A stretch of DNA of 64,000 nt from Eledone cirrhosa (lineage: Eukaryota), in assembly GCA_964016885.1 (NCBI GenBank), contig OZ024742.1:178188001-178252000 (forward strand). The letters run 5' to 3'. The notes under the pieces are model-generated. The model made no database searches. It saw only the letters and a program-made list of their open reading frames with translations, and was not told the origin of the DNA. Shown piece after piece: positions 43,274-56,492 of the stretch. Each line of letters begins with the position of its first letter. The stretch's first letter is position 1. The position numbers and the translations under genes were made by a program.

Positions 43274-43411
43274 TTTAATGTTTAGTATATAAATGGCTTC
43301 TACAGGACTAGAACTGTTTCATTCGAAGGAAATCGCCAGGGCTTTCCTGATTATTTCCTTCAAATGAAACGGTTATAGTCTTGTAGAAGCCATTTCTATA
43401 TTAAGCATTAT
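43274..43411. mobile_element. Fold-back element with degenerate HHR-like motifs on both arms
   Basis: Imperfect ~65-bp arms with CCTG(G/A)NGA TTTC nnnn GAAT GAAAC. A single copy lies at ~33315-33378. Confidence 0.6.
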
Positions 43412-43487
43412 ATACTCTACTATGAATTGAGTACCTTACTTACTGTGGTTACCGCCGATTGAACCTGGCATATCCATCTCTCTTTCA

Positions 43488-43547
<60 letters not shown>

Positions 43548-44339
43548 AATGAAGAAAAACCAAGTTTAACAGCTTAAATCAATTCATATCATCAGGAATT
43601 ACAAAAATTGATAAAGTTTAACCAAATACAAATTATAAGAATAGACATTATATCAAATGTTGGGCGTTGGCAAGCATTTAACGAAGGCCGTATGGGAAAT
43701 GGTTTTAACGTGCAAAGTTATAAGTAATTGTGTTTATAGATTTAAGTAAAAGGCATGATTTCATCATTATTAATAATACTATTATCATTTCTTGTAATAG
43801 TTAGAAGAATATTCATTGGTGGTTAAATAATATACATAGAAAGGTGTGTGATAAGCAGGAAACGAAGCGAAATTAGTTCTGAGGCCGCGGTAAGATTTTC
43901 CCGTTATAACGATTTTCTGGTTATAACGATATAATCGTGTATACAGATAACCCTCACGAAATCGGCAAAAGTTATAACAACATTATCTCCCACATATGAC
44001 TCTTCTTAGACCCAATGTGCACAATAAAATTGCACAAACTCAATCGTTCTCTTCAGTATAAGACAAAGAAAATAATTTGTAATTGCAGCGACAATCACAT
44101 ACCCAATGAAAATAGAATAGAGTACACGCAAATTATGAGAACATAAAGCATATAGGAAATAGTAGCATTAACAGTACAAACTCTAATGACTGTGAGCACA
44201 TAACTTATCGGCCTGAGCACATAACAATCGGCGTGAAAATAATAAAAAGTGTAATAGAGCAAACACCCACTAACCAACGTATACATCCGAAGTTGGCCTG
44301 ATTCCAATCATAAATCTAAAGTTTTTGTAGATAATGATA

Positions 44340-45140
44340 GACTTAAGCATAACACTTTTAACGATAGCCAGTTTAACCTTAAACTAGGTTACCCACCGCC
44401 GGAAATCCGTAAATAAACACGGAGGAAATCCACTACATGGTTTAATCCACCACTTAATAAACATGTAGCCTCTAATATGCCTAAACTTTTTTTAATATCC
44501 TAGCAAAAAACTTCCCTCTAACTCATCGTTAATATACAATACTTAATAAAAAATACTGTAAAAATATCTTTCTCTATTACCTCTAATCTAGCTAACTACT
44601 TAAGGTCTAGCAATAATGAGGAAATAAAAAGATATCTGATCTGTCAAATGGTAGTTCTAACCTAGGTAATCTAGAAGTAAGAGGTAACCCCAATAGCAAT
44701 AATCGTAACTTCCACGCATCGTTCCATCGTCAAGATTCTAACCTTAATAGTAACCTAATATCCGACAGAAACTAACTATAGAAACCCTTCCACCTGCCCT
44801 CATAACTCCAAATTTAGTTTACCAATGCACTATATTTACGCATACTAATAACAATGTATATATAGAGGCTACCTCAAATAACTTTAAATGTAGATTTATC
44901 CACTGTCACTCTTTTAGCAAGAAAGAACTCAGAAGCTCAACCTCATTAACCCAGTATTTATGGGACCTCAAATAAACCAATACAGAATACTCCATTAATT
45001 GGAAAATCCTGAAGGTTGCCCACTCATACCAGCCTGGAAACCAGAGGTGTAGTTTATACCTCACACATCATTTTAAAGACCAATCTCATTATCTTGAACA
45101 GAAAATCAGAGATTCTTTCCACCTGCCCATTTAAAAATTC
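44340..45140 (+). pseudogene. Degenerate Naiad-like PLE GIY-YIG region
   Basis: TWFNPPLNKHV, KNFP, YIEATSNNFK, WKILK..SYQPG..RC and LNRKSEILSTC, which align by eye with the ORF at 59118. Confidence 0.75.
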
Positions 45141-45381
45141 CCAATCTTACTACTATTGGAAATTTTAAATCACCATTACTAACTGAACTTTAACCGTGTA
45201 ATAATTTAACAACCCCTACTAAGTTCTCTCTTTCGCTGCATCTTCTTATTTCGATCGCTTCGCTTGTCTTCGCAGTATTCTGGACCGGAAGTAATGTAAC
45301 GAAATTGCCACGTTTAAATCTGCGGGCATGAAACGTAGACTAAAGTAGCTACAACATCGACGGAAATTCCCACACACCTCA

Positions 45382-45524
<143 letters not shown>

Positions 45525-46435
45525 CAGTCGTCGTTGCAGCACACGCCAAATCATGGCATGGCACCCAGGTTAGAAAATCTGCCCGACATGAAGGTGATCT
45601 CTTTTATCAAGCCACGTCCAAGGTAGTGTTGTTGGTGATGGTGTCTTGTTTTAGGTGAATAGTTGTAGTTGTAGTGGTGACTGTGGTAGATTTGGTAATG
45701 TTTATAGTGCTATTCGTTATGATGGTGATTTTGTTGTTGATGATGGGAGTTGTAATAGTTGTGGTAGTGTTGGTGTTGGCGGAAGTGGTAGTGATGTTAA
45801 TTGTTGTAGTGGTGCTGCTGCTGCTGCTACTACTACTCCTTTTGACGGGAGTAATGGAGTGGTTGATGATGATGTTGATGGTGTATGAGGGTTTGTATTT
45901 GTAGTATTGAAGGTAATTATGGTTTATTGGTGTTGATGTTGGTGGTGTTGATGTTGATAGTGGTGCTGATGGTGAAGATAACGGTAATGGTGGTAGTGTA
46001 TGTGGTGCTGGTGCTGATGAAGCTGGTGGTGTTGGGGTGACGATAATGGCGGTTGAGATGGATGCGTGATAATGATGATGGAAGGATGTGTGTTAATGTT
46101 ACTACAACTACGACCACCGCAATCACATAACCAACACCAACACCAGTATCAACACTGCTAGAGGAGATAGACTAACAGAGACAGGAAGTTGAACGGAAAT
46201 TTCTTTCTTTAATCAAACATGTTTTACATCAATAAACACCGCAGCTGACATTACTGCGTTACGGCGAGGCTGTCATTATTGTGCCAATTAAATTGCTTCT
46301 TGTCAAAGCTAGGTTGCTTTAGCAGTGCCACCTATGCAATCCTAACAGGCACAAATGGGCATTAAAATAAAGATGAAGGTTAAAATTCATTTTAGATATT
46401 CTTTCTACAAAATTCTATAAAATTATTTAAATTTC

Positions 46436-46833
46436 ATTATTATCATTATTTTTTTATTATCATTATTATTATTATTTTTATTATGATTCATTTTCGTAAA
46501 TCTCAGACTCTTCGATGTTAATCGATTTAGTTATTTCAGTAAGGGAGCAATCATCAAGTTGACAAAAGTCCATCACTGCATCTATCTTTCTTGTGCCTTA
46601 CATAGACACGACTTTCCATAAAATCCTTGCTATACGAAAATGTGCTGTCTTCTGCACGACCTATAACCTTACATCAATTCTGATTCTATTAAAAACAGTC
46701 CCCAAAACTGTCCGATATGCATCCCAATGATCCGATCACAACTGGATTCACTAAAACCTTCTTCATTCCTCCACTATTTTCGAAACTCCTCTTTCAGTGG
46801 CTCACACTTCTCCATCTTTTTATGCTCTTAATC
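46436..46833 (-). pseudogene. 3' end of an R4/Dong-type RLE LINE ending in a (TAA)n-like tract
   Basis: The minus strand reads KKMEKCEPLKEE..., PVVIGSLG and VQKTA..ARIL.KV, followed by TAA repeats (a known Dong target). Confidence 0.6.
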
Positions 46834-46834
46834 T

Positions 46835-48810
46835 AGTAGAGTGTGGTGTAAGTGTCGTGCAGTATATTATAGTGTATTATGGTATGGTGTAGTGTGTTGT
46901 AATGTGGTGTAGTGTGGTGTAATGTGATGTAGTATGCTGTGGTACGATGTGATGTGTCGTTGTTTGTAGTATAGTGTTGTGTGCCGGTGTGTGATGTGGT
47001 GTGGTGGAGTGCTGTGTGGTATGGTACAGTGTTTGTAATGGAATATTGTGTAATATGGTAGTTTGGTGTTGTGTGGCGCAGTGTGATGTAGTGAGATGTA
47101 GTGTAGTATGGTATAGTGTAGTGTAGTGCGGTATAGTCTGGAGCAGTGCAGTGTGGTATAGTATGGTGTAGTGCAGTATGGTATAGTGTGGTGTAGTGTA
47201 GTATGGTATAGTGTGGTGTAGTGTAGTATGGTGTGGTATGCTGTGATGTACTGTGGCGCAGTATGGTATAGTATGGTGTAGTGTGGTGTAGTGTGATATA
47301 GTGTGGTGTACTATTGTATAGTGTGATATAGTGTTATGTAGTAGGGTATAGTTTGGTGTAGTTGGGTGTAGAGTAGTGAAGTGTGGTGTAGTGTGGTGCA
47401 GTGTAGTGTAATGTATTGTGGTGTAGTAGAGTTTAGTTTAGTGTAGTGGGGTGTAGTCTGGTTTGGTGTAGTATACTAATGTATAGTATAGTATAGTGTA
47501 GTGTGATATACTGTGGTATACTGTGGCATAGTGTAGTGTAATGTAGTGTCGTATAGTGTAGTATGGTATAGTATTGTGTAACGTATTGTAGTGTGGTTTG
47601 GTATAGTGTGGTGTAGTGTGGTATAGTATAGTGAGACGAGGTGTAGTGTGATGTAGTGTAGTGTGATGTAGTGGGGTGTAGTTAAGTGTAGTGTGGTATA
47701 GTTTGGTATAGTTTGGTGTAGTATGATGTAGTTTGTAGTGTGGTGTAGTGCAGTGAGCTCTAATGTAGTGTGGTATTGTGTAGTGTAGCGTGGTGTGGTG
47801 TAGTGTGGTGTACTGTAGTAGAGTGTAGTGTGATGTAGTGCAGTGTGGTGTAGTGTAGCTTAGTGCGGTTTGGCACAGCGTGGTGTAGTGTAGCGTGACG
47901 TAGTATAATGTGATGTAATATGGTGTAGTGTGGCGTGGTATAGTGTACTGTAGTGTGGCATGGTATAGTGTAGTATAACATGGTATAGTATGGTGAGGTG
48001 TGGTGTAGTGTGATGCAATGTGGTATGGTGTAGTGCAGTGTGGTAAGGTGAAATGTGGTGTAGTGTGATGCAGTGTGGTGTAGTGCAGTGTGGTGTAATG
48101 TGGAATAGTGTGGTGGTGTATAGTGTGGTGTAGTGTAGTTTGGTGTAGTGTGGTGTAGTGTGGTGTAGTATGGTATAGTTTGGTGTACTGTGGTGTAGTG
48201 TGATGTAGTGTGGTGTGGTCAGGTATTGAGTCGTGTCGTGTCTTATAGTGTGGTGTGGTGTAGTGTAATGTGGTGTGGTGTACTGTAGTATGGTGTAGTG
48301 TGATATAGTATAGTATAGTATAGTATAGTATAGTATAGTATAGTATAGTATAGTATAGTATAGTATAGTATAGTATAGTATAGTGTGATATGCTGTAGTG
48401 TAGTGTACTGTACTGTAGTATGGTGTACTGTGATATAGTATAGTGTGGTATTCTGTAGTGTGGTGTACTGTAGTGTGGTGTACTGTAATGTGGGGTAATG
48501 TACTGTAGCATGGTTTAGTGTGATATAGTATAGTGTGGTGTACTGTGATGTAGTGTGATATAGTATAGTGTGGCATGCTGTAGTGTGGTGTACTGTTGTG
48601 TGGTGTACTGTAGTGTGGTGTAGTGTGATATAGTATAGTGTGGTAAGCTATAGTGTGGTGTACTGTAGTGTGGTGTAGTGTGATATCGTATAGTGTGGTA
48701 AGCTGTAGTGTGGTGTACTGTAGTGTGGTGTACTGTGATGTAGTGTGGTGTAATGTATTATAGTATGGTGCAGTACAGTGGAGTGTGGTGTGGTATGTTG
48801 TTTTATGCTG
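46835..48810. repeat. Degenerate pentanucleotide satellite (GTGTA/GTGTG/GTATA)
   Basis: 5-bp periodicity, with pure (TAGTA)n at ~48305-48383. Confidence 0.95.
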
Positions 48811-49481
48811 TAATCATTTGTATGTTAATATGACACTATGTCTCTATTACATAAACGTTTGAGATAGGTAGCAAAGTAAATTACCTCTTTGATCATAGAT
48901 TAATTAAATTTGCTATCAGTTTCATAGGAACATAGATAATATGGCTGCTCTCTTACAACGTTATTCAATCTTTGTTACACGCTATATAATAGAGAAACAT
49001 AAGAAACATAGAGTGGGTATCCGTCGATTTCGACGATAAGTACTCCAGTTGTTCGATCAACGGAATTGCTTTCTCATGAAAGAAACGTGTATTTTTCTGA
49101 TCATTTCACTGACACTTCTTTTCCTAACGTAATTGTTTGGGATATACAGCATGGTACAATGTGTGATAATGATGGCTCTTGTACGTACAATCTATCCTGC
49201 ATAAACGTGTAAATAGCTGAATATTCCACAGAAATGTGTACCCTTAATGTAATTATCTTGGATATTCGGCGTGATAAAATGTGTAATAAGTTTGGCTCTT
49301 TGAATTACAGGTACAGTCTGTCCAACGGGCTTCCAACAGTTTTTGTCGACAAAATTTTACTCGAAAGCCATAGGTCTACCCGAGGTTATGCTACATGTAT
49401 CTTGCGCTATATGCTATGAGGTGTACTTGCACCCTGGACCTCATAATTGCAACCTCTTAAACATACGGCCATACTACGTCC

Positions 49482-50078
49482 ATAATAATTGTTTCTACTT
49501 TTGGCACAAGGCCAGCAATCTTCCCAGTGCATTACTGGTACTTTATTTTATCGACCCCGTAAGGATAACAGGCAAAGTTAACCTCGGCGGGATTTGAACA
49601 CAGAATGGCAAGGACCGTAACTCTATGCGTCAAAGCATGGCGTCCGACCCTCTACCGATACTACGTCCATAATAATTGTTTCTAATTTTGGCACAAGGCC
49701 AACAATTAACCAGTACATTACTGGTACTTTATTTTATCGACCCCGTAAGGATGAAAGGCAAAGTTAACCTCGACGGGATTTGAACTCAGACCGTAAAGGG
49801 ACGTAACTATGCTGGAAAGCATGGCGTCCGACCCTCTGTCGATACTGCCAATTCACCCATAATAATGGTTTCTAATTTTATCACATCGTCAGAAATTTGA
49901 AATCGAAGGGAAAATTGATAATATCGACCCCACTACATGACTGGTACTTTAGTTCATCGACCTCGGAAAGATGAAAGACAATGTTGACCACAGCAAGATT
50001 TGAATTCTGAATATAGAAAGTTAGAGCAAATATCACAATAGCATTTTATCCGACGCTCTACAAATTCTGCCAATCCAC
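49482..50078 (-). mobile_element. Three head-to-tail SINE copies
   Basis: Family core three times. TACTACGTCCATAATAATT is duplicated at ~49473 and ~49659. Confidence 0.85.
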
Positions 50079-50871
50079 CACTTTCACTATAATATAAGAT
50101 GGAGTGGAATCATTGCACGGTCGCTACTCCTGTTAGAAATAGCAGTACTGTTCATTTCAGAATAACTCTAAGATCACACTCATCTAATATAGTGAGTTTT
50201 AAAATAAAATAAAATTTCGATCAACTAATATTGGTGGAGTTATATTCACTCTAGGTGTATTAAAATTTAAATAAGTAAACAAAAACACCAAGCAGAGGAA
50301 ATAACTCAAATTATATAAACCAATTCAAATTTAAGAGAAAAAAACGAAGCAAATGTAAGTGGGATCTTTTCTTTAAAAACAAGAAGTAAAAGTCATTGAG
50401 CTAGATACAGTAGATGGTCACTAAAATATGTTTAAAATCTAAGGTACCTGAAATATTATTGAAATAAAACTTTGTGAGGATTGGCAAACAAAAGGTGAGT
50501 AGTATGTATGTATATACGTATGTATGTATGTATGTGGCGGATTGGGCAGGTTGCCAAGTTACTCAATGGCAACTGGGACCCAGGGGACCCACGGTAACGT
50601 TGCAGGGGTTCACAGTAGCATTGCAAGACCCACTGTAGTATTTTAGCTTTCCAAAAATACCTGAACTCTAAGACAAAGAATAACATAAAATGAATAAAAC
50701 AATTAAGCAAAGCATTTGGTCAACCAATTCCCCAGGGAATTAATAGAAACCAAAATATATGATAGTGCATATAGCTGAAATCAATGGTTGTACATTGTAC
50801 TAAATCTAAAGCTTAGTGTATTCATTCATGCATGCAAACATACATATGTAGACACACACACACAAGATAGA

Positions 50872-50925
<54 letters not shown>

Positions 50926-51195
50926 TATATAGTTATGTAATAAACAACATAAGATAATTATTTCATTTACCAGTGGTTTCTTGAAAGCAAACAAATTTGC
51001 TTTCAGTCATCAGAATGAAAAAATCCTGATGTATTTATTGAAAGTGGATTTACAAAATAAAATTATAATAAATATGAAAGTGAGGCTGGAGGAAGAAGAA
51101 GAAAAGGAGAAAAAGAATAATAACTATAAATGTATATATGTAACCTGCATAGAGCACTCTTTTTTCCTGGACCTTTCCGACGGAATTACTTCATT

Positions 51196-51230
<35 letters not shown>

Positions 51231-51336
51231 TTACACTTACACACGAACTACTGACCAAATAATGTTTGGTATCAATGGGTTAAAAACATCTGTCACTGTG
51301 GTGTATATATGTGTGTGTGTGTATATATATATATAT

Positions 51337-51366
<30 letters not shown>

Positions 51367-51367
<1 letters not shown>

Positions 51368-52725
51368 TGCTTTTATCGAGAATCTAATTGTAATACGTGA
51401 CGTATTCTATTCTATAGCGATTAGGTCTTCAAAATGTTTATTATAAACATACAGAATATTTTCGAATATTCTATGTCTATATTCACATATATATCGCTAT
51501 TTCAGAGCATTTATTCCAATTTCTAATTTCTGCCGGACCGGCAACCGCTCTTTCAAACCAGTTCCTGTACACAGCTAAGTATTCTATAAGTCTCTAGCTG
51601 TGTCATTCTCGATAGAAGCACTGGATATGTAGTCCTGACGATTTCTAACGAGAATGAAACGCGTAGACTTACTTCCCTTGCTTTTATCGAGAATCTAATT
51701 GTAATACGTGACGTATTCTATTCTATAGCGATTAGGTCTTCAAAATGTTTATTATAAACATACAGAATATTTTCGAATATTCTATGTCTATATTCACATA
51801 TATATCGCTATTTCAGAGCATTTATTCCAATTTCTAATTTCTGCCGGACCGGCAACCGCTCTTTCAAACCAGTTCCTGTACACAGCTAAGTATTCTATAA
51901 GTCTCTAGCTGTGTCATTCTCGATAGAAGCACTGGATATGTAGTCCTGACGATTTCTAACGAGAATGAAACGCGTAGACTTACTTCCCTTGCTTTTATCG
52001 AGAATCTAATTGTAATACGTGACGTATTCTATTCTATAGCGATTAGGTCTTCAAAATGTTTATTATAAACATACAGAATATTTTCGAATATTCTATGTCT
52101 ATATTCACATATATATCGCTATTTCAGAGCATTTATTCCAATTTCTAATTTCTGCCGGACCGGCAACCGCTCTTTCAAACCAGTTCCTGTACACAGCTAA
52201 GTATTCTATAAGTCTCTAGCTGTGTCATTCTCGATAGAAGCACTGGATATGTAGTCCTGACGATTTCTAACGAGAATGAAACGCGTAGACTTACTTCCCT
52301 TGCTTTTATCGAGAATCTAATTGTAATACGTGACGTATTCTATTCTATAGCGATTAGGTCTTCAAAATGTTTATTATAAACATACAGAATATTTTCGAAT
52401 ATTCTATGTCTATATTCACATATATATCGCTATTTCAGAGCATTTATTCCAATTTCTAATTTCTGCCGGACCGGCAACCGCTCTTTCAAACCAGTTCCTG
52501 TACACAGCTAAGTATTCTATAAGTCTCTAGCTGTGTCATTCTCGATAGAAGCACTGGATATGTAGTCCTGACGATTTCTAACGAGAATGAAACACGTAGA
52601 CTTACTTCCCTTGCTTTTATCGAGAATCTAATTGTAATACGTGACGTATTCTATTCTATAGCGATTAGGTCTTCAAAATGTTTATTATAAACATACAGAA
52701 TATTTTCGAATATTCTATGTCTATA

Positions 52726-52729
<4 letters not shown>
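51367..52729 (+). mobile_element. Retrozyme-like tandem array: 4.4 x 311 bp, one hammerhead per unit
   Basis: Units start at 51367, 51678, 51989, 52300 and 52611. I see only one difference between them (52594 G>A). Non-coding and flanked by (TA)n. Confidence 0.85.
51629..51677 (+). ncRNA. Type I hammerhead ribozyme, unit 1 (repeated at +311, +622 and +933)
   Basis: gt AGTC CTGACGA t TTCT aacg AGAA t GAAAC gc GTA GACT t ac. Predicted cleavage follows 51665. Stem III is palindromic (ACGCGT). Confidence 0.82.
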
Positions 52730-52785
<56 letters not shown>

Positions 52786-52789
<4 letters not shown>

Positions 52790-54300
52790 CCTTGATTACA
52801 ATATTAGCTGGTCGAAATTAACGGCTGCAAAGGCCTATAGCAGCGGTATGTCCCATTGCGGGCTCTGCAACCTTGAATTGCTACATATCTTAAGGTAGGA
52901 TAAAATGCTGCTTAACAGCAAAAGAGAAAAGTCAATTTTCTGCAGACATAGGATTGCTACTAAATTTACGAGATTTAAACCACCGTCATTCGAACCAGCA
53001 TCCCCGATCTTAATGGAAAATCACTTAGAATTTAACGTATGAAATCCGCATTCTCATACAGCCCACCTCAGAACCATAATCTTTTATAAACATCTTCCTG
53101 CCTCCCTACATCTATATCACCAAGATGGGGCAATAATATCTACAAACATCTACCAATTATCATGTCAGCCCATAAATCAATCTAGCCTTTGCTGTTGTTT
53201 ATTCTTTCGGACCAAACAATTATAGCTATATATCTCACATTAGCAATCCCAACATTTAAAATAAGCAACCTAAACCTTAAAATACTGAATCTACAATTTC
53301 ACTTAATACTACCTAAGAACTATATATCTTTATACACTCACTCTATCAATATAACTAAGTTAATACAACGAAAATACTTATCTATCAGACCATAAATCAA
53401 TCTCCGGTTTATTGCTAGCGTGCCTTTAGACCCACAGCACATTTGTATCTAGATCACTCATTATTGTACTTAAAGGGGCAGATTCCAAAAAATCTGTCTC
53501 TGGGTACATTTTATTAGTTATCTCTCCATCCCTCAGAAACTACGCCTAAAGTAACCTATAGTAGTTTTCACATGTCAACGTCATACATCTGTATCATATC
53601 AGTTCGGTTACCATGCTAGTTTTATCATTTTATCATTATATTCTATTTCTCACTTATATTGATGTTATTAATTTAAGATTGGCAGTATCGGTAAGGGTCG
53701 GACGCCATGCTTTGAAGCATAGAGTTACCTCCCTTTATGATCTGAGTTCAAATCCCGCCGAGGTTAACTTTGCCTTTCATCCTTACGGGGTCGATAAAAT
53801 AAAGTACCAGTAATGCACTGGAATAATTGCTGGCCTTGTGCCAAAAGTAGAAACAGTTATTAATTTAACTATTCAGTATCTAGTTATTTTGTTATTGATA
53901 TTATTGTTCTGGTCTACTACTACTCCTCTATAAAAGCCATGCCTTGTATATTATCCTCACATTCGCTCGCTCGGATGAATTAACTGGTTATAAACAAAGT
54001 ATTGGTGTTCGATTGACGCAACATCTAGCGATTAGCGAACTCTAGACCTACCAGATCAAAGAAACAAATGTCAGCACTGTGAATAAAGCCCTTATTGTAC
54101 AGACAACCATGTTACTCTTATCACTTGAATTATTATTACTCCAAGTATAACCTACATAGAAATCACCGTGAACTCGCTGCATCAATATGGAAGCGTCTTG
54201 TTGAGTCAAACTAAGCCATACGTTAATACCATCTACAACACGGAGTACTCTAACTGGACTACCTCTAAGTGGATTGCCTATAACGATAACTTGTTATCCC

Positions 54301-54301
<1 letters not shown>
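52786..54301 (+). mobile_element. 5'-truncated Naiad-like PLE: GIY-YIG tail, 3' UTR and HHR at 53969-54075
   Basis: ISWSKL..AKAYSSG..HCGLCNLEL..I...LLNSKRE...CRH, then gct CGGATGA...GAAAC aaat GTC agc. A SINE is inserted at ~53678-53842. Confidence 0.7.
53678..53842 (+). mobile_element. tRNA-derived SINE
   Basis: Full head, core and tail, as in 36250-36430. Confidence 0.85.
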
Positions 54302-54347
<46 letters not shown>

Positions 54348-54473
54348 AAAGTTTTATATAAAATTGTTGGGTTACAACAAGTAAATATTTTATAACTGAT
54401 ATAAAGCACTCGACAAGTTTTGGGGTAGATATACGATATTAAATATAAATATAGTTTCCATTTGTTTAATATC

Positions 54474-54550
<77 letters not shown>

Positions 54551-55065
54551 TAAAAGGAAAAGAAAATGCTGACAAATTGTTCACAGTGGAAAATAGTTGA
54601 ATTAGGAATAAGGAAAAATTAGTAATAGTATTGGTTAGTATTCAGTTTGGGTTTTAAGTTTTACCGGTTGCGCATTTCTAATGCTTTTCAAAAATAATTT
54701 TGAGATAGAGCGCCCGTGATGTTTGCTCTAATCTGATTAGTTTGGGAAATTCTACCTGTTTTATGTAAAAAAAAAAGTGGCTCCAGATGTATGAAAAAAT
54801 TCTTGTGGTCAAAACAATTTTGATTGGTCGGTAGAGGTCATGTGAATGTTAAAAATTGATTTTGCGCCAAATGTAGGTTTGTCTCGGCTGATTGAGAAGT
54901 CACTGAAAAATAAGTCTTTCAAGACAAATATGTGTGTGTGTGTGTGTAGTAGTAGTAAAGAGGTTCGTTGTTGTGATAATGGTCAGCAGGGATGTGTGTG
55001 CGAACCGCAGCCTGCTGACAGGTCAACAGTTCAAATGCCTATTAAGACAAGTGTGTGTATATATA

Positions 55066-56023
55066 TATATCATAAATCATGTCCTTAGAATCACTAGATA
55101 CAATATATACCATTTCCTCTCCCAATTAGCACAATTAACCATATAAAAAATCAATTAGACCAAGCTATAAGAATAAAGGCTCCTATGAAGAAATCTTCGA
55201 CAAATAACCGAAAGCGGCCTCTTCGCGGTGGCCACGATAGAGTATTTATCCAACATTTCCACAGCATGTAGAAATCGACCAAACATACCGTCAGCTAAAC
55301 ACAATTAGGTGTAAATTCAAACTTAGAAGAAATGCGTACATACCTTAATTACCTCTACCATGGTTTCGTCCGTATTTTAAGACATCCGATAACAGGGAAT
55401 GTCCAGAGCTTCGGACTCATCAGGAGCAAACTCAAAATTAGATATTTAATTTTCCAAAGTGATCGCGCCAAAAATAGATTCAAAAATGGCTAAAAATCGT
55501 GACGTGGTAGCGGTCAAGTTAGAAAGGATGTGATTAGTTGCTTACGGCGGGTAGGCTTGTTGCTAGAAAGCGCAGCCCAATATCGCCAAATTGTATCTCA
55601 ACCTAACGGGATATTATTAAATATAAAGGTTTACATATATATAAAGTCATAGATATATATGTGTTTTGCAGCCGGTCACGTTGTGTTTAGTTGACGGTAT
55701 ATTTGGTCGATTTCTATATGCTGTTGAAATGTTGGATAAATACTCTATCGTGGCTACCTCGAAGAGGCCGCTTTCGGTTATTTGTCGAAGATTTCTTCAT
55801 AGGAGCCTTTATTCTTATAGCTTGGTCTAATTGATTTTTTATATGGTTAATTGTGCTAATTGGGAGAGGAAATGGTATATATTGTATCTAGTGATTCTAA
55901 GGATATGATTTATGATATATTGCTCTGATTATTTAATTTATTAATTCTTCATTGAGCCACAACGTGACCGGTTGCAAAACACATATATATCTATGACTTT
56001 ATATATATGTAAACCTTTATATT
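55066..56023. repeat. Interlocked inverted repeats in a (TA)n-flanked element
   Basis: 55066-55294 is inverted against 55681-55920, and 55620-55685 against 55958-56023. Confidence 0.85.
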
Positions 56024-56195
56024 ATATATATATATATAGATAGATAGATTTTGAGTTTATGTTGGTTGTATACCAACACCTCAGTATGCAGGCTGGAGCA
56101 CTCGACGAGGTGCGCAGGTTGATTTGGTTACTCCGGAGTAGTGTAAAATAAAGTTAAATAAAAAGTCAAATGATTAAAATTTAGCTTCGTTTATT

Positions 56196-56250
56196 ACTGC
56201 TATATATATTTCAGTGACAGCTATCTTTGGCTGTGACCTCTTCAGGCAGT
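56196..56250 (-). ncRNA. Canonical type I hammerhead ribozyme
   Basis: The minus strand reads ACTGC CTGAAGA GGTcACAGC caaagata GCTGTcACT GAAA TATATA TA GCAGT, giving a 5-bp stem I and an AUA cleavage triplet. Confidence 0.82.
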
Positions 56251-56359
56251 TTGAATTAGTGTGGTATAGACAAGTACATATGTTGTTGAGGTGTATAATA
56301 TTGTCAATACTCTGATATGCCCAGTTCCTGGTTGGGTTGTTATTTCACTGAGGAACTGG

Positions 56360-56488
<129 letters not shown>

Positions 56489-56492
56489 CTAT

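Noticed and set aside
47438-48576. His/Thr/Tyr-rich ORFs
   Set aside because: They are translations of a pentanucleotide satellite.
51595-51625. Second, minus-strand hammerhead in the 311-bp unit
   Set aside because: The reverse strand mimics stem II (TTCT-ATCG-AGAA-T-GACAC) but lacks both core motifs. At most it is a vestige.
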